Shown here piece by piece: positions 57,303-64,000 of a stretch of DNA of 64,000 nt. The position numbers and the translations under genes are program-made. Numbering within the stretch: the first letter of the stretch is position 1; every line of letters begins with the position of its first letter. Source of the stretch: Malacoraja senta (taxonomy: Eukaryota); the NCBI GenBank assembly GCA_038087875.1, contig CM075987.1, positions 17,548,001 to 17,612,000 of the forward strand. Reading direction: 5' to 3'. Under the pieces are notes generated by a model, which saw nothing but the letters and a program-made list of their open reading frames with translations, made no database searches and was not told the origin of the DNA.

Positions 57303-58504
57303 TAAAGAAGGAACTGCAGATGCTGGAAAATCGAAGGTACACAAAAATGCTGGAGAAACTCAGCTGGGTGCAGCAGCATCTATGGAGCGAAGGAAATAGG
57401 CAACGTTTCGGACCGAAAACCTTCTTCAGATTGATAGGGGGTGGGGAGAAGAAAGGAAAAAAGGCGGAGGAGGAGCCCGAGGGCTGGGGGATGGGAGGAG
57501 ACAACCAGAGGGCTGATGAAGGGGAGGGGACAGCAAGGGCCAGCAGAGTTGGGAGAATTCAATGTTCATGCCCCCAGGGTGTAGACTGCCCAAGCGGAAT
57601 ATGAGGTGCATTTCCTCCAATTTCCGGTGTTGCTCGCTGTGGCCATGGAGGAGACCCAGGACAGAGAGGTCAGATACGGAATGGGAGGGGGAGTTGAAGT
57701 GCTGAGCCACCGGGAGGTCAGGTAGGTTATTGCGGACCGACCGAAGGTGTTCGGCGAAACAATCGCCAAGCCTCCGCTTGGTCTCACCGATGTAGATCAG
57801 CTGGCATCTAGAGCAGCGGATGCAATAGATGAGGTTGGAGGAGATGCAGGTGAACCTCTGTCGCACCTGGAACGACTGCTTGGGTCCTTGAATGGAGTCG
57901 AGGGGGGAGGTGAAGGGACAAGTGTTGCATCTCTTGCGGTTGCAAGGGAAAGTACCCGGGGAGGGGGTGGTACGGGAGGGAAGGGAAGAATTGATAAGGG
58001 AGTTACAGAGGGAGCGGTCTTTGCGGAAGGCAGACATGGGGGGAGATGGGAAGATGTGGCGAGTGGTGGGGTCACGTTGGAGGTGGCGAAACTGACGGAG
58101 GATCACTTGTTGTATGTGACGGCTGGTGGGATGAAAGGTGAGGACTAGGGGAACTCTGCCCTTGTTGTGAGTGGGGGGATGGGGAGAGAGAGCAGTGTTG
58201 CGGGGTATGGCAGAGACCCTGGTGCGAGCCTCATCTATGGTGGAGGAGGGGAACCCCCGTTCCCTGAAGAATGAGGACATTTCGGATGCCCTGGTGTGGA
58301 ACGCCTCATCCTGGGAGCAGATGCGGCGTAGACGGAGGAATTGAGAGTGGGGGATGGAGTCCTTACAGGAAGCAGGGTGGGAAGAAGTGTAGTCCAGATA
58401 GCCATGGGAGTCGGTAGGTTTGTAGTGGATGTCGGTATGAAGTGTATCACCTGCGATGGAGATAGTGAGGTCAAGGAATGGTAGGGAAGTGTCGGAAATG
58501 GTCC
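57303..58504 (-). mobile_element. Penelope-like element (Neptune-type), RT C-terminus plus GIY-YIG endonuclease, 5'-truncated
   Basis: LPFLD, YKPT, Cys linker CNRKRCNTC, NLIYCIRC...YIGET..R...H; hammerhead core at 57402-57429; TSD aggcctttgt at 57293-57302 and 58505-58514. Confidence 0.9.
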
Positions 58505-59500
58505 AGGCCTTTGTCAGCGTCAATCCACGCAAAGCTGCATGGCCGGACAACATCCCTGGACTCGTTTTAAGGGACTGCGCAGAGCAACTAAAATATGTCT
58601 TTGCAGACATTTTTAACATCTCACTCAGCCAGGCAGTAGTGCCCAACTGCCTCAAAAGTGCCACCATCGTTCCCGTCCCGAAGAAGCCCAACCCAGCCTG
58701 TCTCAATGACTTTCGTCCAGTGGCTCTCACACCCATATTAATGAAGTGTTTTGAGAGGCTGGTCATGCAGCACATCAAAAACGGTCTCCCTGCCAACCTG
58801 GACCCACTGCAGTCTCTACAACACTCAACCTCGCGCTATCACATCTCGACCGGAAGAACACCTATCCCAGGATCCCCTTTATAGACTTCAGCTCAGCTTT
58901 TAATACAATCGTCCCACAGCAGCTGGCACTTGTAACTGGGTCCTTAATTTTCTGACACAGCGGCAGGAGACAGTCAGGGTGGGCAGCCGGACTTCAAGAA
59001 CCATCGAAGTGAGCACTGGCTCACCCCAAGGCTGTGTCCTAAGCCCCCTGCTGTTCAGTCTGCTTACTCATGACTGTACTGCCAGACTCAGCAATAATTA
59101 TATCAATAAGTTCGCTGATGACACAACAGTGGTGTGTCTCATCAGTGACAACAATGAGTCGGCGTACAGGATGGAGGTGGAGCTGCTTACAGAGTGGTGC
59201 AGATCTCACAATCTCACCCTCAACGTGGAAAAGACAAAGGAGATGGTGATCGATTTCAGGAGAGCTGGCAAACACCATCATACACCGCTGCATATTGATG
59301 GTGCTGCTGTGGGGAGGGTCAGCAGTGTGAAGTTCCTGGGACTTCACCTGGCGGACGACCTGACCTCAACGACCAACGCCACAGCAGTCATCAAAAGAGC
59401 TCAGCAGCGGCTCCACCCCCTCCGGAGACTAAGAAAAGCAGGTCTCCCTAACGACCTTCTACAGGGGCACAATCGAGAGTATACTGACCTACGGCATCAC

Positions 59501-59959
59501 ATAGAAACATAGAAACATAGAAAATAGGTGCAGGAATAGGCCATTCGGCCCTTCGAGCCTGCACCGCCATTCAATATGATCATGGCTGATCATCCAACTC
59601 AGTATCCCGTACCTGCCTTCTCTCCATACCCCCTGATCCCTTTAGCCACAAGGGCCACATCTAACTCCCTCTTAAATATAGCCAATGAACTGGCCTCAAC
59701 TACCCTCTGTGGCAGAGAGTTCCAGAGATTCACCACTCTCTGTGTGAAAAAGTTTTTCCTCATCTCGGTCTTAAAGGATTTCCCCCTTATCCTTAAGCTG
59801 TGACCCCTTGTCCTGGACTTCCCCAACATCGGGAACAATCTTCCTGCATCTAGCCTGTCCAACCCCATAAGAATTTTGTACGTTTCTATAAGATCCCCTC
59901 TCAATCTCCTAAATTCTAGCGAGTATAAGCCAAGTCTATCCAGTCTTTCTTCATATGAA
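59501..59959 (-). mobile_element. Young CR1 3' fragment
   Basis: Protein identical to the C-terminus of ORF 8961..10640; TSD catcac (59495-59500, 59983-59988). Confidence 0.88.
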
Positions 59960-60787
59960 TAAATACATACAACTTTAAACTTCATCACTTCCTGGTTTGG
60001 GAGCTGCAAGGCTTATGAGCAAAAACAACTTAACAGTATAGTGAAGACAGCCAGTAGGATCATCGGTGCTCCACTCCCTTTCCTGTTGGAGATCTATCAG
60101 AAGCGCAGCATCAGCAGAGCCATCTCCATTATTAAGGACCCCTATCACCCATCACACCACATCTTCTCCATTCTGCCATCTGGGAAGAGGTACAGGAGTA
60201 TCAGCTGCAAAACCAGCAGGATGCTACACAGCTTCTTCCCACAGGCAATAAGACTGGTTAACGGACTGTCCCCCCTCCCCATATATCATACACCAACACA
60301 TCTAACCTCGCCCATACTTTGACAGCTAGGCACCTGTCAAAGCAAGCCACTGTTCGATCTGAATGTCTGTTTTTAGTTCAAAGGCCTATTCTTAAAGTTG
60401 TATGTATTTATTCTGTTTTTATTAACTGCACTGATGGGAATTGATTGAAAAACTATTTTTTGTTTCTTCTGTGTATGTAAGTACTCAGTTAAAAATGACA
60501 TTAAAGCAAATACTCAATACTGAATACTGAATATGCAGGGAATGGAGGGATATGGATCACGTGCCAGCAGAGGAGATCAGTTTTACATGGCGTCAGGTTT
60601 AGCACGGACATTGTGGGCCGAAGGGCCTGTTCGTGTGCTGGACTGTTCTGTGTTTGTGTCTCTGTGCTTGACATTTTTCTCTGCGTGTTATCAGCCGTGG
60701 TCCATTCCCATCCCAGCCCGGGGACTGTACATACCACCAGTGGCGTATATTCAGTGACGTGACCTCTGTTTCCCTTTGTTTCCCAAG

Positions 60788-60900
60788 CTGCAGACGGACT
60801 CCACAGGAAGAGCCTTCTGGACGAGCTGACGGATTACAGATTTGTGTTCCCGTACGTGGTCTCTGGGAAGAGGAAGCGGAGTCTAGCGACTGTTCCCCAG
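60788..60900 (+). CDS. Second copy of ADAM exon 2 (paralog or partial duplicate)
   Basis: 112/113 nt identical to 14269-14381 (one synonymous cct/ccg change); acceptor tttcccaag and donor gtaatt intact. Confidence 0.75.
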
Positions 60901-61005
60901 GTAATTCCTCCGTCAGCTTCCACAGTCGGAGGGCACGGGCGAGACGGGCGCCGACCCGCCTGCCCTTGTCCCCAGCACAGTCATGGGAGGCCCACTGGCA
61001 CAGAG

Positions 61006-61602
61006 TTCAGTTTGGAGGTACAGCGCGGAAACAGGCCCACCGAGTCCGCACTGACCAGCGATCCCCTCGCGCTAATGGGCCTGTCCCACTTACGTGACTG
61101 CCGGCACCTGTCATAGGTCGTTGCAGGTTGCCGAAAATTTTCAACATGTTGAAAATCCAGCGGCGACCAGAACGAGGTACGACTCTTTTGGCGACTACGC
61201 ACGGCCATACAGGCTTCACCCCGCGACATGACCTGTATGGTCGTGAGTCGTCTCCTCAGTCGCCCAAAGAGACGTAGTGTCTTTCTGATCGCTGCTGGAT
61301 TTTCAACATGTAAAGACCTGCAAAGACCTATGACGGGTGCCGGCAAAAATCGCATAAGTGGGACAAGCCCATTACACCAGGGACACCAGGGACAATTTTT
61401 ACACTTACCAATCCAATTAACCTACAAACCTGTACGTCTTTGGAGTGTGGCAGGAAACCGAAGAGCTCGGAGAAAACCCATGCAGGTCACGGGTAGAACG
61501 TACAAACTCCGTACAGACAGCACCCGTAGTTGGGATCGAACCTGGGTCTCCAGCGCTGCATTCGCTGTGAGGCAGCAACTCTACCGCTGCGTCACCGTGA
61601 CA
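61006..61602 (-). mobile_element. HE1-type V-SINE containing a Harbinger MITE (61076-61371)
   Basis: TIR tgggcctgtcccactta / taagtgggacaagccca; SINE head near 61600. Confidence 0.8.
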
Positions 61603-61634
61603 TTAGGCAGAGAGTCACACAGCAGAATGTTTGT

Positions 61635-63140
61635 CGGCACTGGGCCTGTACTCGCTGGAGTTTAGAAGAATGAGGGGGAATCCCATTGAAACGTACAGAA
61701 TAGTAAAAGGCTTGGATAGAGTGGATGTGGAGAGGATGTTTCCACTAGTGGGAGAGTCTAGGACTAGAGGTCATAATCACAGAATTAAAGGATGTTTCTT
61801 TAGTAAGGAAATGAGGAGGAATTTCTTTAGTCAGTCATAGAGCGATACAGTGTGGAAACAGGCCCTTCGGCCCAACTCGCCCACACCGGCCAACAATGTT
61901 CCAGCTACACTAGTCCCACTTGCCTGCACTTGGCCCATATCCCTCCAAACCTGTCCTATCCATGTACCTGTCTAACTGTTTCTTAAATGATGAGATAGTC
62001 CCAGCCTCAACTACCTCCTCTGGCAGCTTGTTCCATACACCCACCACCCTTTATGTGAAAAAGTTACCACTCGGATTCCTTTTAAATCTTTTCCCCTTCA
62101 CCTTGTACCTATGTCCTCTGGTCCTCGATTCCCCTACTCTGGGCAAGAGACTCTGTGCATCTACCCAATCTATTCCTCTCTTGATTTTATATACCTCTAT
62201 AAGATCTCCCCTCATCCTCCTGCGCTCCATGGAATAGAGACCCAGCCTACTCAACCTCTCCCTATAGCTCACACCCTCTAGTCCTGCCAACATCCTCGTA
62301 AATCTCTTCTGAACCCTTTCAAGCTCGACAATATATTTCCTATAACATGGTGCCCAGAACTGAACACAATATTCTAAATGCGGTCTCACCAACGTCTTAT
62401 ACAACTGCAACATGACCTCACAACTTCTACACTCAGAAGGGTATAGCCTTATACTTTTTAAGACCAAAAGTGATAGGAGCAGAATTAGGCCATTCGGCCG
62501 ATCAAGTCTACTCCGCCATTCAATCATGGCTGATCTATCTCTCCCTCCTAACCCCATTTTCCTGCCTTCTCCCCATAACCTCTGACACCCGCACTAATCA
62601 AGAATCTGTCTCTGCCTTAAATATATCAACTAACTTGCCTCCACTGCCTTCTATGGCAAAGAATTCCACAGATTCACCACCCTCTGACCAAAGAAATTCC
62701 TCCTCATCTCCTTCCTAAAAGAACCTTTCACTATTTGATGAGCTTGGATCACAGTGTGGAACTTCAGAGCACTGTGCACTCACTGTGCAGTCAAAGAGAA
62801 CAGTAATAGGCCCTCATTGGGGGACCTCATTGAAACATACAGAATAATGAAAGGCTTGGATAGAGTGGATGTGGAGAGGATGTTTCCACTAGTGGGAGAG
62901 TCCAGGACTAGAGGTCATAGTCTCAGAATTAAAGGACGTCTTTTAGGAAAGAGATGAGGAGGAATTTCTTCTATCAGAGGGTGGTGCATCTGTGGAATTA
63001 TTTGCACAGAAGGCTGTGGAGGCCAAGGCAGTGGATATATTTAAGGCAGAGATAGATAGATTCTTGATTAGTACAGGTGTCAGGGGTTATGGGGAGGAGA
63101 ATGGGGTTAGGAGAGATAGATCAGCCATGATTGAATCAGT
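61635..63140. mobile_element. Cluster of CR1 3' fragments on both strands
   Basis: ORFs 61631..61840, 62051..62557 and 62754..62957 carry CR1 C-terminal motifs. Confidence 0.8.
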
Positions 63141-63274
63141 TATGAGTTTATGAGCTTAGGGGCACAGTAACAGGCCCTTTGGCCTACACTACCTCGGCAA
63201 GGCCAGCAGCATAGTCAAGGAACAGTCTCACCCCTGGTCACTCTCTCTTCTCCCCTCTCCCCTCTCCCATCAGG

Positions 63275-64000
63275 CAAGTCAAGTCAAGTCAAGTCAAGTC
63301 ACATTTATTTATATAGCACATTTAAAAAACAACTCGTTGGCCAAAGTGCTTTACATTTGTTATAAGAATAATATAAACAAACAAACTACATACATATATA
63401 CATATAGCCCTCGCTCAGAGGATGTCAAGAAAGGCTTGGGAGTATAGATAAGTTTTTAGTCTTGACTTAAAGGAGTCGATGGAGGGGGCAGTTCTGATGG
63501 GAAAGGGGATGCTGTTCCACAGTCTAGGGGCTGCAACCGCAAAGGCGCGGTCGCCCCTGATCTTATGCCTAGACCGCGGGATATTCAGCAACCCCAAGTC
63601 GGCCGATCTGAGGGACCTGGAGGTGGAGTGGTGGGTGAGAAGACTTTTAATGTAGGTGGGGGCAAGCCCATTGAGGGCTTTGTAGACATGGAGGAGGATC
63701 TTGAAATGTATATGGAACCGCACAGGGAGCCAGTGCAGAGAGGCCAGGATCGGGGTGATGTGGTCCCTTTTTCGGGTGCCCGTCAGGAGTCTCGCTGCGG
63801 CGTTTTGGACCAGTTGCAGGCGGGACAGGGAAGATTGGCTGATGCCAGTGTAAAGGGAGTTGCAGTAATCTAGGCGGGAGGAGTTAAATGTGTGGATAAT
63901 CTTTTCGAGGTCATCAAAGTTGAGGAATTGTTTTATTTTAGCTATCGTCCGAAGCTGGAAGAAGCTAGCTTTTACCACGGCATTGACTTGTTTGTCAAAT
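63275..64000 (-). mobile_element. L2 LINE 3' portion
   Basis: SRLDYCNSL, LQLVQNAAARLL, HITPILASLHWLPV, FAVAAPRLWNS; (gactt)n tail. Confidence 0.9.

Larger units (their letters stand above)
56900..60510 (+). mobile_element. Rex1/Babar LINE (RT), split by Penelope and CR1 insertions
   Basis: [58 protein letters not shown]; tgacattaaag tail. Confidence 0.88.

Noticed and set aside
57426..58796. 456-aa ORF as one protein
   Set aside because: The first ~97 aa are antisense Rex1; only the part inside the TSD-bounded Penelope element is genuine.

Overview
Eukaryotic (vertebrate) genomic DNA, almost certainly a cartilaginous fish such as a skate or ray. This is inferred from abundant HE1-type V-SINEs and their CR1/HER1 partner LINEs. 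Most of the window is nested transposable elements: CR1, two young L1s (one full-length with both ORFs intact), Rex1, L2, RTE, Vingi, Penelope-like elements with hammerhead cores, a Gypsy LTR element, Harbinger MITEs and hAT-like elements. Six small minus-strand exons with mutually consistent phases encode the signal peptide and prodomain of an ADAM (M12B/reprolysin) metalloprotease: 32557-32356, 14381-14269, 11600-11524, 7867-7789, 710-634 and 469-295. The gene continues beyond the window start. A second, 112/113-identical copy of exon 2 lies on the + strand at 60788-60900 with no visible exon 1 of its own. The only exon 1 sits between two inverted L1 copies, a geometry that could flip it from one paralog to the other. 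A 200-N gap at 38034-38233 makes cross-gap orientation uncertain. Other highlights are a hAT-like element carrying a TDP2-like UBA exon, three short retroposons sharing a covarying RNA hairpin but ending in different LINE tails, and a 16.5-kb nest of insertions inside ADAM intron 1. Family names come from my recall of consensus motifs, not from database searches.
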